A stretch of 64,000 nt of DNA from an uncultured cyanobacterium (lineage in GTDB: Bacteria > Cyanobacteriota > Cyanobacteriia > Cyanobacteriales > CAWUOF01). Of this stretch, positions 20,201-29,137 are shown piece after piece. Below the pieces are notes generated by a model. It ran no database searches. It was not told where the DNA came from and saw nothing but the letters and a program-made list of their open reading frames with translations. Each line of letters begins with the position of its first letter. Position 1 is the stretch's first letter. Where the stretch lies: assembly GCA_963744145.1 (NCBI GenBank), contig CAVUSO010000001.1:2816001-2880000 (forward strand), written 5' to 3'. Both the position numbers and the translations under genes were made by a program.

Positions 20201-20423
20201 TAATAATGCTCTCATCATACCTCCCATAGAAGAGCTTACTATGTTATTTAATCTAGCCAAAAGAGGACGCATTAAAGGAATTTTGGAGCAAGCCGATAAA
20301 ATTGAACAAGTAGATGAAAGCTTTGCTTTATTTACTGAGCGGATTCGTCAGTTAGCTAAAGGATTTAAACTACCTGAGCTTCAGGAATTTATTAAACAAT
20401 CTATAAACAACCTTAATGGTTGA
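14268..20423 (+). CDS. Hybrid Ser/Thr kinase - AAA ATPase - GAF - histidine kinase - receiver protein
   Basis: HKDINPSN/DFG kinase motifs, GYSGIGKS Walker A, LDDLQW, GAF (YLENNL), H-box MSHELRTPLN, N/G boxes, REC (LVVDD...ILDLLMP). Confidence 0.92.
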   Translation: MPTNMDSIIDYQLTEKIYESPNSIVYRGTDQLNKQPIILKILQENYPTPSELIRYKQEYEITRCFHADRIIKTSGLQRYKNSLIIILEDFGGKSLDRLISEYQFSLEETLTIAIKITEGLVAIHSANIIHKDINPSNIVYNPETGQLKIIDFGISTRLSQENQTINHINQLEGTLAYIAPEQTGRMNRGIDYRSDFYALGVTFYQILTHQLPFPTHDPMELVHCQIAQHPKRPDELISSIPLTLSNIVIKLLAKTPEERYQSAWGIKADLETCLHQLKTFGEISQFSLGNQDISNKFHISQKLYGREQEITQLLNSFKRVSQGTTEMMLVSGYSGIGKSVLVNEIHKPITKQRGYFINGKFDQLQRDIPYAAITQAFQDLIRQLLSEPESILETWKEKILSALGNNGQIIIDIIPGLEKIIGKQPEVEQLGAKETQNRFKLLFEKFIGVFSQKEHPLVIFLDDLQWANLPSLNLIEGLITNANQQYLLMIGAYRDNEVSPVHPLMHTLAQLRKVEATVNQIILQPLKISQINLLIADTLSCSIEDAKPLAELVAKKTGGNPFFVNQLLQTLYQENLLVFNPPQFLIAQGENKEKFWQWDIDQIEKIGITDNVVDLMVRKIGKLDENTQNILKLAACIGNQFNLEILAVVNRKSQIFTAQELQPALAEGLIVPLNNDYKLPLLWSQEEISSESSSVFIPKYPESIPYKFLHDRVQQAAYILIREEEKKVVHLQIGRLLLKNTQADKLEENLFQITNQLNEGAELTTDQLERDELAILNLKAGKKSKASTAYKPALRYLETGLSLLAFNSWNDQYKLTWELQIETLELLYLNTKFKEFEERAEMLLEQAKEILDQAKVTQLKIIYCYTIFKPDQAIDIALKAVLELGINISQESSDIEKRIEQQQEFILSFLQSKKIEDLADLPLMTDQTKIAATSILHRILTATNTTNFSLYIEVMFTILNLYISSGNSPNAACIYATYGAILCTVKKYINYGNQFGKLSFKLLEKFNTPKLEPVIIHLYYGGIWFWQEHLRNIVAHNHLIHGWKTGIDAGENEYTSYLALSYCLIKFFGGYDLADVEQDVKKYSNFIKNLNQQYSLYAIETIDKIVTNFLMINKEKGLIIGNSREEEETYLKIWNQANNVWLMFFVFFGKTIYFYYFKDYINAYANRINAEKHIQAIGSYLIMPQHNFYSSLSDLAYYNYCDGKRQKELIDQVDRNQESMKIWANYCPANFQHKYDLVAAEKARILNQNWQAEDLYERAIQGAKQYQFIQEEALAYERAAEFYFSIDRKEIGQLYLRNSHHCYTSWGAKAKIKQLEDEYPQYFVGVTNSETTKNLSTTISIPGNDGKFLDLTTVIKASQALTGEIMLDKLLATLMKTMIENAAAQKGFLLLPSQTDPDHEDYQWAIAAIATVNPNEVTTLQSIPIDTIDPSTQTPFLSTTIINYVINSQENVVLHDATNQGQFTRDRYIITTQPKSILCTPLLNQGKLSAILYLENNLTTEAFTPERIEVLNILCSQAVISIKNAQYYQQLTALNVNLQAEIIERQKAEDALAESNRNLEIKVEERTVELKEAKEIADDANRAKSEFLSNMSHELRTPLNGILGYAQILQRSKIIPAEELHQINVIHQCGSHLLTLIDDILDLAKIEARKMELMPTDFDFSNFLQGIAEIGKIRAEQKGISFIFQTTSELPQGINTDQKRLRQVLINLISNAIKFTDIGGVIFKVERIRTEQKLIPSPSSKIRFQIEDTGIGMSPEQLEKIFLPFEQVSDQQRKIEGTGLGLTISQKIAEIMGGTIKVKSQLDQGSVFWLDLDLSEVQGWNQTAITWSQRQIISFKGTRRKILVVDDRWENRSMMINLLKPIGFEIAEATNGQEGLAQTQGFQPDLIILDLLMPVLDGFEMIRQLRRSVEFKQVLIIASSASVYASDRDQSLAVGANDFLSKPVQIDELFKQLQKHLQIEWVYEEVAKSSLLASPLRCNNALIIPPIEELTMLFNLAKRGRIKGILEQADKIEQVDESFALFTERIRQLAKGFKLPELQEFIKQSINNLNG

Positions 20424-21441
20424 AAATCATATGCTCGACAGCCCAAATAATGCCCTAATTTTAATTATTGATGATAATCCAAACAATTTGGAAGTTATAT
20501 TTAATATTTTAACTCAATCTGGCTTTGAAATTGCTGTAGCTGTTAGCGGTGAAAGTGCAATTGAACAGATCAAAGAAGAATTACCAGACCTGATTTTATT
20601 GGATGTGCTAATGTCAGGAATTGATGGATTTGAAACCTGTAAACTTCTCAAGTCAGATCCATTGACTCAGGACATTCCCATCATTTTTATGACTGTTCTT
20701 ACCGACCCGATCAGCAGAGTTAAAGGTCTGTCTTTGGGTGCTGTGGATTACATCACTAAACCTTTCTCAGAAGAAGAAGTTTTAGCCCGGATCAAGGTGC
20801 ATTTAAAGCTAAGATTTTTCATGAAAAGCCTAGCCGAAAAAAATCTGCGCCTCAATGAAGAAATCACTAAGTGTCAAATTGTAGAAACAGCTCTTCAAAC
20901 AGCTCTTCAGGAGTTAGAAAAATTTGCTGCTTTAGATGGTTTAACTCAAGTAGCAAATCGTCGTCGATTTGATCAATATCTTGCTCAAAAATGGTATCAA
21001 ATGGAGCAAGAGCAGAAACCTTTATCCTTAATTTTAGCCGATGTAGATGATTTTAAACGCTATAACGATACCTATGGTCATTTAGCTGGTGATGATTGTT
21101 TGCGTACTATTGCCCAATCCATTAGTCTTACCCTCAAATGTCCTGATCATTTGGTAGCTCGTTTTGGTGGAGAAGAATTTGCCATAATTCTTCCTGACAC
21201 TCATTCCCAAGGAGCTGTTTCTGTTGCAGAAATGATTCGCACAAATGTGCAAAAACTTCAAATTATTCATAGTCAATCATCCGTGAGCGAATATATTAGT
21301 TTGAGTCTGGGTGTTGCTAGTTTGTTTCCTAGTTCTGAAAACTCCCCTCGTATCCTCATTAATTTAGCCGATCGCGCTCTTTATACTGCTAAAAGAAAGG
21401 GAAAAAATCTGGTGCATCTATTCACCTCATTAACCGATTGA
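20416..21441 (+). CDS. Response-regulator diguanylate cyclase (REC-GGDEF)
   Basis: LIIDD...LLDVLM receiver; DGLTQVANRR, DVDDFKRYND, RFGGEEF; 8-bp overlap with the kinase gene. Confidence 0.92.
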   Translation: MVENHMLDSPNNALILIIDDNPNNLEVIFNILTQSGFEIAVAVSGESAIEQIKEELPDLILLDVLMSGIDGFETCKLLKSDPLTQDIPIIFMTVLTDPISRVKGLSLGAVDYITKPFSEEEVLARIKVHLKLRFFMKSLAEKNLRLNEEITKCQIVETALQTALQELEKFAALDGLTQVANRRRFDQYLAQKWYQMEQEQKPLSLILADVDDFKRYNDTYGHLAGDDCLRTIAQSISLTLKCPDHLVARFGGEEFAIILPDTHSQGAVSVAEMIRTNVQKLQIIHSQSSVSEYISLSLGVASLFPSSENSPRILINLADRALYTAKRKGKNLVHLFTSLTD

Positions 21442-21453
21442 TGGTAGGGAACG

Positions 21454-22479
21454 TTAGTACCGAATTCGCGGATCAATATAAGCATTTAAGATATCAATCA
21501 GAATACTAGCAATGACTACGATCGCGGCAAAAAACACAACTATTCCTTGCACGGTAGGATAATCTCGTAAAGAAATTGCTTCATACAATCGATTACCTAA
21601 GCCGGGCCAAGAAAATGTTACTTCGGTTAAAACTGCTCCACCTAATAGAGATGCTGTTGTCAATCCTAATACTGTAATTACTGGAATTAAGGCATTTTTT
21701 AAAGCATGAGACCAGAGAATCTTCATCTCTGTAATCCCACGGGCTCTGGCTGCTTCGACATAATCGGAGGAGAGGGTTTGTTTCAAGTTTACTCGCACAA
21801 TCCGCTCAAAAATGCCACTAATTAGTAGTCCTAATGTGAAACTTGGTAAAGCTAGATGATATAGTGCTGTGAAAAATTGGTCTAAATTACCATTCAGAAG
21901 ACTATCGATCGTATATAGACCGGTCGGTCCATCTGGAGGAGGAGGACTAATGGGGAAGCGACTACCGATCGGAAACCATCTTAATTGAACTGAGAAAATT
22001 AATTGTAACAGCATTCCCGCCCAAAACATCGGTAAGGCATAAGTAATAATTCCAAATAAACGTCCACCAACATCAAAAATAGTATTTGGACGGGAAGCAG
22101 ATAGAGATCCAACAGAAATCCCAATTACTAAAGCGATCGCCATACTAAATATAGTCAATTCTAAAGTTGCGGGAAAGTTGTCCTGAATTATTTGCCAAAC
22201 TGTCTGTCCTTGGGTCGCAATTGAGGTGCCTAAGTTTAACTTTAGTAACTCTCCCATATATCTTAAATATTGCCACCATAAAGGACCTGATAATCCTAAT
22301 TGCTCTCGTAAAGCATCTTTAGCACTTACAGGAGCTTTAGGACCTAAAATTGCATCGATCGGATCACCTGGTGTCGCTCTCATCAGCAAAAATACTAAGG
22401 TGGTAATTGTCCAGAGCATTAATGGTGCTAGGAGCAGACGACTAAGTAGGTAAAATTGGAGTGATTTAGACCGAGACAT
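21454..22479 (-). CDS. Peptide/nickel ABC transporter permease (DppB/OppB-like)
   Basis: PGDPIDAILG, FPATLEL, EAA motif DYVEAARARG, TEVTFSWPGLG. Confidence 0.92.
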   Translation of the reverse strand: MSRSKSLQFYLLSRLLLAPLMLWTITTLVFLLMRATPGDPIDAILGPKAPVSAKDALREQLGLSGPLWWQYLRYMGELLKLNLGTSIATQGQTVWQIIQDNFPATLELTIFSMAIALVIGISVGSLSASRPNTIFDVGGRLFGIITYALPMFWAGMLLQLIFSVQLRWFPIGSRFPISPPPPDGPTGLYTIDSLLNGNLDQFFTALYHLALPSFTLGLLISGIFERIVRVNLKQTLSSDYVEAARARGITEMKILWSHALKNALIPVITVLGLTTASLLGGAVLTEVTFSWPGLGNRLYEAISLRDYPTVQGIVVFFAAIVVIASILIDILNAYIDPRIRY

Positions 22480-22481
22480 AT

Positions 22482-24125
22482 TTAACCTTTAGTTTTCTGA
22501 ATTTTCCAGAAAGGAAATTGTTGGGTTGGTTCGATTTTTACTCCCTGGATTCCCTTCTTCACAAAAACATAGTCCTGATCCTGCCATAATGGAATATAGG
22601 GTACATCTTTGGCTGCTAGCTCTTGCAGTTCTCCAAAAATAGGTTGACGTTCCTCCTGGTTTTTTGCTGTCCGTTCTTGTTTAATTAGTTGATTAGCCCG
22701 ATCGCTATAATAAAAAGAGCCTTGACTTTGACTTTCTCCTTCTTCACAACCGGAATCTGGTTTTCCTTTTGCACAACCCAGAAAGGGATTGAGATAATCA
22801 TCAATATCAAAATAGTCAGGACTCCAATCCAGTAGCACCATGGGATAAATTCCCTTACTGAGATTTTGAAAAATAGTTGCACCTTCAACGTTATTGAGTT
22901 CTAGCTGTAAAATCCCGTCTAATCTTTGTTGAGCTAGCATTTTTAAGGTAGTGGCAATTTGACTCCTTTTTGCTGAACCTGTTGCATACCAAATTTGCAG
23001 TTTTAAAGGATTTTCTTTGGAATATCCAGCTTGAGTCAAAATTTCTTTAGCTTTGCTGAAATTAGCATCTCCATAAATAGTTTGGAAAGTCGGTTTATAA
23101 GCAGCAATGTTAGTAGGGATTAAACTATAAAGAGGTTCACCTTGTCCTTGGAGCGCTCTCTCATTCAGTAACCGACGATCTATCATCGTGGCGATCGCTT
23201 GTCTAACTTCTAATTTATCCAAGGGTTTAGACTTAATATTTAGCGTTAAATAATTGATCGAACTACTTTTAGCCGTAATTACTTCTATTCCCATCGTCGC
23301 GGCATTTTTCTGTAAGCTACTAATTTGATCGGCATCTAAAGATTGGTAGGCAATATCTATTTTTCCGGTCTGAAAAGAGTTAAATAGATTAGCCGCACTA
23401 GATAATACCTGAAGATCAATTCCTTTATTATTAGGTTTTTCTCCCCAATATTGCTCAAATACTTCTAACCGGAGCGAGTCAGTATTATATTTAGCTAATT
23501 TATAAGGTCCTGTACCGATAAATGTATCAGGTTTAAATTTACCCGCACCAATTTCATAAGCTTTGGGAGAAACAGCACAAGCACCGGAAAATGTTAACAT
23601 AGCTGGAAAAGCAGCAAAAGGTTGTTTGAGTTTGATGGTTAATTCATATTTTCCACTTGGCTCGACTGAAGCAATAATATCACCGAGTAAATAAGCTGGA
23701 CGTCCACCATTTTTAATAAAACGTTGCAAGGAAAATGCCATTGCTTTAGCATCAAAGGGGGTGTTGTCGTGAAATAATACACCTTGGCGTAAAGGAATAG
23801 TATAAGTTAAACCATCTTCACTGATTTTTGGTAGTGCTGTCGCTAGTTGGGGTTTTAGTTCAGTTGTACCGGGAGAATAGGTATAGAGCCGATCGCCCAG
23901 ATTATACAAGAGGTTGAGTGGGGCAATTTCATTAGCATCTGCTGGATCGACAGTACGAATTTTCAGCGTTGTCCCGATGGTAATGCGATCGCTGTTGGAA
24001 TTAGATCCACTTTCTGTTGCTGGTTTTTTACTACAGCTACTAGCTAAAACTGAGCAAATCAAAAATAAACTCAAAAATTTTCCCATCAATGACCATCTTT
24101 TGTTTGCCAGTTCTTGCCCACTCAT
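22482..24125 (-). CDS. Peptide ABC transporter substrate-binding lipoprotein (family 5)
   Basis: Lipobox LASSC; LRQGVLFHDNTPFDA, GTGPYKL, VRQAIA...IDR. Confidence 0.92.
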   Translation of the reverse strand: MSGQELANKRWSLMGKFLSLFLICSVLASSCSKKPATESGSNSNSDRITIGTTLKIRTVDPADANEIAPLNLLYNLGDRLYTYSPGTTELKPQLATALPKISEDGLTYTIPLRQGVLFHDNTPFDAKAMAFSLQRFIKNGGRPAYLLGDIIASVEPSGKYELTIKLKQPFAAFPAMLTFSGACAVSPKAYEIGAGKFKPDTFIGTGPYKLAKYNTDSLRLEVFEQYWGEKPNNKGIDLQVLSSAANLFNSFQTGKIDIAYQSLDADQISSLQKNAATMGIEVITAKSSSINYLTLNIKSKPLDKLEVRQAIATMIDRRLLNERALQGQGEPLYSLIPTNIAAYKPTFQTIYGDANFSKAKEILTQAGYSKENPLKLQIWYATGSAKRSQIATTLKMLAQQRLDGILQLELNNVEGATIFQNLSKGIYPMVLLDWSPDYFDIDDYLNPFLGCAKGKPDSGCEEGESQSQGSFYYSDRANQLIKQERTAKNQEERQPIFGELQELAAKDVPYIPLWQDQDYVFVKKGIQGVKIEPTQQFPFWKIQKTKG

Positions 24126-24181
24126 TCACAATTTCCTCAACGATTTCAGCCCAATTTACCATATAGTTGGGCAATTTAAGC

Positions 24182-25381
24182 TCAATCTAAATTATCTAAA
24201 AATTGCGCTAAAGAATCTACTGTCAAAGCGACTTCAACCAAATTTTCTAATTGATTCACCTCAAGTAACTGTAATTGTTGTTCTACTTCTGGAGAAACTG
24301 GTCCAAAACGCTTAGTCAGTAATCTTAACAATGGTCGTAATGCTCCTTGGATTTGAGCAGTTAATAAAAGCTGTTCAGCAGATTGTGCCCTTTGTTCTGC
24401 CATTTCGACCTGTTTTTTAGCCGATTGAGCTTCTTGTTCTGCCATTTCGACTTGTTTTTTAGCCGATTGAGCTTCTTGTTCTGCCATTTCGACTTGTTTT
24501 TTAGCCGATTGAGCTTCTTGTTCTGCCATTTCGGCCTGTTTTTTAGCTAATTGAGCTTCTTGTTCTGCTATTTGGGCTTTTTGTTCAGCACTTTGAGCTT
24601 TTTGTTCAGCACTTTGAGCTTTTTGTTCAGCACTTTGAGCTTTTTGTTCAGCCATTTGGACTTGTTGTGCTGCTATTTGGGCTTGTTGTACTGCGATTTG
24701 AGCTTGTTGAGTGGCAAATTCTGCTTGTTGTTGAGCAAGTTCTTCTGGTAATAAAATCAGATTGTGATTTTCGTCATAAAACCTTGCCCAGAATGCAGTT
24801 TCTCTCAAGATTGTTCCTTCCCAAGTTCCCAACCACAAACCTAATTTGTGAGACCACAGCCAACCTTTTTCATTTGGCTCTAAGGGCTGATAGGTTTGAT
24901 GGTCATCTAAACGCCATCCCCTGAGCGAATTAGGGTTAAATGGGTTATAAACAAAATATTCTGGTGTACGGAAAGTTTGCTCGTAAATATCCTTTTTTTC
25001 ACCTAAATCTATGGCGCTAGTCGAAGGTGACATTAATTCCACAATTACATCTGGATAGCGACCATTTTCTTCCCACACTACCCAACCTTGACGGTCAGTT
25101 CTACCATCGACATTCAAAACTACAAAAAAGTCGAGCCGGCGAAAATCTCGATTTTTTACTTGGGCGCTACTATAGTAAAGAAACATATTTCCCCCCGCAA
25201 AATAATCATTACGGTTGGCTAATGCGGTAATCATGGAATGAATGAGTACATTCATCGCAATCCGGTGACGATTAGTTTCCAAGGGTTCACCATCATCAAA
25301 AATCAAATCTGTCGGTGGGGTAGGATATTCCCAATCAACGACCGCTGTACTTGGCAATATTGCTGTTACTTCTGTAGTCAT
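24182..25381 (-). CDS. Uma2 family endonuclease with coiled-coil repeats and DUF4351-like tail
   Basis: DDGEPLETNRH, YPDVIVELMSPST, EYFVYNPF; heptad repeats; LLRLLTKRFG...LEVNQLENL tail. Confidence 0.85.
   Translation of the reverse strand: MTTEVTAILPSTAVVDWEYPTPPTDLIFDDGEPLETNRHRIAMNVLIHSMITALANRNDYFAGGNMFLYYSSAQVKNRDFRRLDFFVVLNVDGRTDRQGWVVWEENGRYPDVIVELMSPSTSAIDLGEKKDIYEQTFRTPEYFVYNPFNPNSLRGWRLDDHQTYQPLEPNEKGWLWSHKLGLWLGTWEGTILRETAFWARFYDENHNLILLPEELAQQQAEFATQQAQIAVQQAQIAAQQVQMAEQKAQSAEQKAQSAEQKAQSAEQKAQIAEQEAQLAKKQAEMAEQEAQSAKKQVEMAEQEAQSAKKQVEMAEQEAQSAKKQVEMAEQRAQSAEQLLLTAQIQGALRPLLRLLTKRFGPVSPEVEQQLQLLEVNQLENLVEVALTVDSLAQFLDNLD
24385..24655 (-). repeat. 42-bp and 21-bp coding tandem repeats (MAEQEAQSAKKQVE; AQSAEQK)
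   Basis: ttgttctgccatttcgacttgttttttagccgattgagcttc x3-4; ttgagctttttgttcagcact x3-4. Confidence 0.9.
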
Positions 25382-25399
25382 GGTTAATTCTACCTTTGG

Positions 25400-25822
25400 T
25401 TATTCAGTTTCTTGTTTTAATAAGCGATCGTACAGTAATTTTAGTTTTGCTTTTGTATCTGCTGGCGATCGCGGTAGAGGAATTTCCAGATTTGGCCAAG
25501 TCAGTAGATCATGACAAGGACAGCATTTTGGTGGCATTCCTCTAGTATGTAAGGGAATTGGCATGGTGCAAAGAACACAAGGATCAATTTCCCAATCAGC
25601 ACTCAGTAACTGGGTGATCGTTGTCTCTGTTCCTTCTAGATAACAGTCTCCTGATTCAATTGCTACAATTTTCTGCCAACAATCTTCAAATTCCTGACTA
25701 TAACGATCGTCTTTTAATATTGGTTTCGGTAGTAAAGATTCGTGATTTTTACCAATTACAATTCTTTTTCCTAACTGAAACCAATAGGCTAAATATTTTC
25801 TTACTTCTTGTTCTGATGCCAT
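25400..25822 (-). CDS. Conserved cyanobacterial hypothetical protein (Cys-rich C-terminus)
   Basis: VRKYLAYWFQLGK, GDCYLEGT, CxxC..P motifs. Confidence 0.7.
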   Translation of the reverse strand: MASEQEVRKYLAYWFQLGKRIVIGKNHESLLPKPILKDDRYSQEFEDCWQKIVAIESGDCYLEGTETTITQLLSADWEIDPCVLCTMPIPLHTRGMPPKCCPCHDLLTWPNLEIPLPRSPADTKAKLKLLYDRLLKQETE

Positions 25823-26030
25823 ATCAACTTAGAGCAATAGTTAAATTTTTGTTAAATTACCCTTTTTATTCTCGGATTAGATGTATTTTCGTTAAATTTA
25901 TTTCATTCTACTTCCATCAGTTTCGATCAAGAGATCATTGATGGGAAAAAGGGTTTGGTCTATTTCTATGCTATCTCTGATGAATTAAGAGTGAGTGAAT
26001 CAAAAGATGGAAATATTGTAAAGTTTTATA

Positions 26031-26588
26031 TTAATTGGCGGGAAATTTGGTCAATAGAGGAAAGCCCAGGTCACTCAGATTGAGAATATGACCTCCTAGA
26101 ACTAGATAAACCGGATTGGCGATCGCCCCAAGATGACGCACTAATGTACCCAAGCGATCGCGAAATAACCGACCAATCGGTACAGCCGGAACCAGACCCC
26201 ACCCAGTTTCTTCAGCTACAAAAATCACCAGATCGGCATTCGTCTCTTGTAAACTAGCTAAAAACGAACTTAGGGTCTGAGTCCAAATAGTTTCATCTTG
26301 TGCTAATAAATTAGTCACCCAAGTACCTAAAGAATCCACCAATAAACAGTGATGTTGATCAGAATTGCGAATTGTAGTTGCTAGATCCACAGGGACATCA
26401 AGAGTGACCCATTCCCTTGGTCGTCGTTGCTGGTGTTGTTCAATCCGCTGTTTCCACTCCAAATCATGGGGATCAATTGTAGCAGTAGCCACATAAATCA
26501 CTGGTTTACCAGACTGGAGGGCTAAATTTTCAGCCCATTCACTTTTACCAGACCGTGATGGTCCTGTTACTAAAATTAATTGAGTCAT
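26031..26588 (-). CDS. cobU: Bifunctional adenosylcobinamide kinase / phosphate guanylyltransferase
   Basis: LVTGPSRSGKSEWAE, YVATA, RIEQHQQRR, LVDSLGTW, EETGWG...GRLFRDRLG. Confidence 0.93.
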   Translation of the reverse strand: MTQLILVTGPSRSGKSEWAENLALQSGKPVIYVATATIDPHDLEWKQRIEQHQQRRPREWVTLDVPVDLATTIRNSDQHHCLLVDSLGTWVTNLLAQDETIWTQTLSSFLASLQETNADLVIFVAEETGWGLVPAVPIGRLFRDRLGTLVRHLGAIANPVYLVLGGHILNLSDLGFPLLTKFPAN

Positions 26589-26688
26589 TCTGCCTAAACG
26601 GCTTACAGATAATTGATCTAAATATTTCTACTGGTAAAATTATACAGTACACTCAAAATTAGAGCAGGTTTTTTCAATTGTAGTTGCA

Positions 26689-27456
26689 ATGACTTATTGT
26701 CTTGGCATTATTTCTCGTTATGGTTTGGTAATGGCAGGTGACTCTCGCACCAATGCCGGAGTAGATTATATTTCTAGCTACAAGAAAATTTTCGATTTTT
26801 CTTGTCCAAATGAACGGATAATTATCCTATGTACATCGGGAAATCTATCCATCACCCAAGCTGTGATCAATGGTATCCGCAAAGACCTCAAAAATTATGA
26901 GGAGATTAATCTCCATAACATCCACAGTATGTATGAGGTAGCTCGTTATATTGGGGGAAAATGTCGCACCATCCAAGAACAAGACCGTTCCTGGTTAAAA
27001 CAGGATGGTATAGATGTTCACTGTAGCTTTCTAGTTGGGGGTCAAATTAAAGGTGAAGAAACAGAACTTTACTTAGTTTATAGTCAAGGTAATTGTATTC
27101 AAGCCACCAAAGAAACACCTTTTTTACAAATAGGTGAAACTAAATATGGCAAACCGATTTTAGATCGTAGTCTTAATTTCGATACTACTTTAGATACTGC
27201 TGCTAAATGTGCTTTACTTTCCATCGACTCGACCATGAAATCAAATATTTCCGTCGGACCGCCAATTAATCTGATCATGTACGAAACTGACACTTTTAAT
27301 ATCAGATATCATTTACGTCTACGTCTAGGAGATCCCTATTTAGCCAAAATCCGCAAGTGGTGGGAAGCTCATCTAAAAGAAATTTTTGAACAAATGCCTA
27401 ATATTGACTGGGAAAATCGGATTGGTGATGTAGAACAAGATATTTTGATCGATTAA
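26689..27456 (+). CDS. Proteasome-type protease (Anbu family)
   Basis: N-terminal MTYC with nucleophilic Thr, DSRTNAGVD, QIGETKYGKPILDR, DSTMKSNISVGPP. Confidence 0.9.
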   Translation: MTYCLGIISRYGLVMAGDSRTNAGVDYISSYKKIFDFSCPNERIIILCTSGNLSITQAVINGIRKDLKNYEEINLHNIHSMYEVARYIGGKCRTIQEQDRSWLKQDGIDVHCSFLVGGQIKGEETELYLVYSQGNCIQATKETPFLQIGETKYGKPILDRSLNFDTTLDTAAKCALLSIDSTMKSNISVGPPINLIMYETDTFNIRYHLRLRLGDPYLAKIRKWWEAHLKEIFEQMPNIDWENRIGDVEQDILID

Positions 27457-27526
27457 ATTCCCGCCCAACTAAAAATATGCTTTGGTAATTATCCGCTCCT
27501 AGATTAATTACTGATTACCGATAGGA

Positions 27527-28972
27527 TTATTTCTTCAGAGGTTGCTCACTAGGTGAAATTCTCCCTCTCGGTTCAGCCAGTGTCGTCATTAATGGATCAC
27601 CAATAGTCGTAATTTTCCAAGGTGCTGATTCTAGGTGACGAGCTGCTAACAGGAAAGGAAAGTAATCATCCATTCTTTTGGCAATTACATCTGGTGGAAC
27701 GAAAGCATCTAAATAAGGTTCATGGACACTACCAACGTAGAGATATGCACCATTTTCTAACCAACGTCCGGCGATCGTATTAGGATCATCAGGATTAGCA
27801 GCAGAGAAACTATGCAGGAAGTGAATCGCTGCGGGAAAACGAAGTTTAGGAATATCATCTACATGAGCTTGACCATCACCAAGATCAAAGTAATCTTTAC
27901 TCCCCTTAGTGTTAACAAATATCAGATCAAATTTCCATTTTTGAGTGAGTAAACTGCGCCAATTGCTAACTCCTGCTTCTGGACGCTGAATTAAATTAAC
28001 CCTTAAACCTTGTTCGCTAAATAGACTTTCTGCGGTAGTCATTTCATAATTTTGCCATTTACCTTCATGGGGATAGCTATCATAAAGTAGGGCACTTTGA
28101 ACATCAAGAAATATCGAACACATGGCCTGATAAACAGCACGAGCAGTGGTCCCATAAATCCAACCAACTACCGCCCAGCGATCGCCATTTTCGTTACGAG
28201 CTAAACCATCTGTTACGGCTAAATCTTCACGGTGATTAAGAGGATTTTGATACTTAGCTGCTAACTGACCAACAATAGTCACCGTATCAATCGTATCACC
28301 TAGACTGCTGTAAAAATAACCCGTTTTTTCTACTGCCTGTTCTACGGTGGTAGTTAAATTTTGCCATTGTTCTAAATTTAGACTATCATTAGGTAAACCA
28401 AAATGGTCTTTTAACAAAACTAGAGGTTGACCCCAATAAGCGGCCAAAGCCACTGCTGCTGGCCAGCTTGGATCTTTTTCCCAAGTCATGACTACTCCGG
28501 GTGGGTCCCAACCAAGTTTTTGCCATCCTTCTTCGAGTGAGCCGAAATCAGTTGCATCCCAAGCTTTAGCAATAGCAATTCGGAGAGCAGAAAACAAATT
28601 ATCATCAGTAGGCAAAGTTTTTTTCACTGTAGGTAAACGTACTACTTCAGCCGGTTGAAATCGTTCAATAAATATTGGTGTATATACTGGATCGTCAACT
28701 AAAATTGGCCATCTGCCGGCCAGACTCCACCCTTGAATCGCGGCTAAAAAGGTGGCTTCATCGGGAACGATCACGACACGGTTGACCGTGGGAATCCTAG
28801 CACGTAACCCAGCAACACGATGGCCAACTTGACTTGGCCAAGCTTCGAGTTGAGATAATTTTGATAAGGAAAATGGTGATTTGAAATATTCATCTACTGT
28901 TAATAAAGCGCTAAATAGGAGAGAGAGAATCATCACTAACAATATCAATCCAAAAAACCACCGTCTTCCCAT
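27527..28972 (-). CDS. Membrane-anchored/secreted hypothetical protein
   Basis: N-terminal hydrophobic segment; C-terminal YVGSVHEPYLDAF...IGDPL. Confidence 0.7.
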   Translation of the reverse strand: MGRRWFFGLILLVMILSLLFSALLTVDEYFKSPFSLSKLSQLEAWPSQVGHRVAGLRARIPTVNRVVIVPDEATFLAAIQGWSLAGRWPILVDDPVYTPIFIERFQPAEVVRLPTVKKTLPTDDNLFSALRIAIAKAWDATDFGSLEEGWQKLGWDPPGVVMTWEKDPSWPAAVALAAYWGQPLVLLKDHFGLPNDSLNLEQWQNLTTTVEQAVEKTGYFYSSLGDTIDTVTIVGQLAAKYQNPLNHREDLAVTDGLARNENGDRWAVVGWIYGTTARAVYQAMCSIFLDVQSALLYDSYPHEGKWQNYEMTTAESLFSEQGLRVNLIQRPEAGVSNWRSLLTQKWKFDLIFVNTKGSKDYFDLGDGQAHVDDIPKLRFPAAIHFLHSFSAANPDDPNTIAGRWLENGAYLYVGSVHEPYLDAFVPPDVIAKRMDDYFPFLLAARHLESAPWKITTIGDPLMTTLAEPRGRISPSEQPLKK

Positions 28973-29137
28973 GTCTAGTTCTCAGCTATAGTTAAAGGAA
29001 TAATGATCAGACAAAAGTATATTTGATGACTATTGAACAGGGGGAAGAACTAGGTTTTACCTCAGTCAAGTAAGCGATCGCTTGATCACACAAAAGGCAA
29101 GGCTAAAATAATTAAGCAACTATTTTGCATATCCCTT

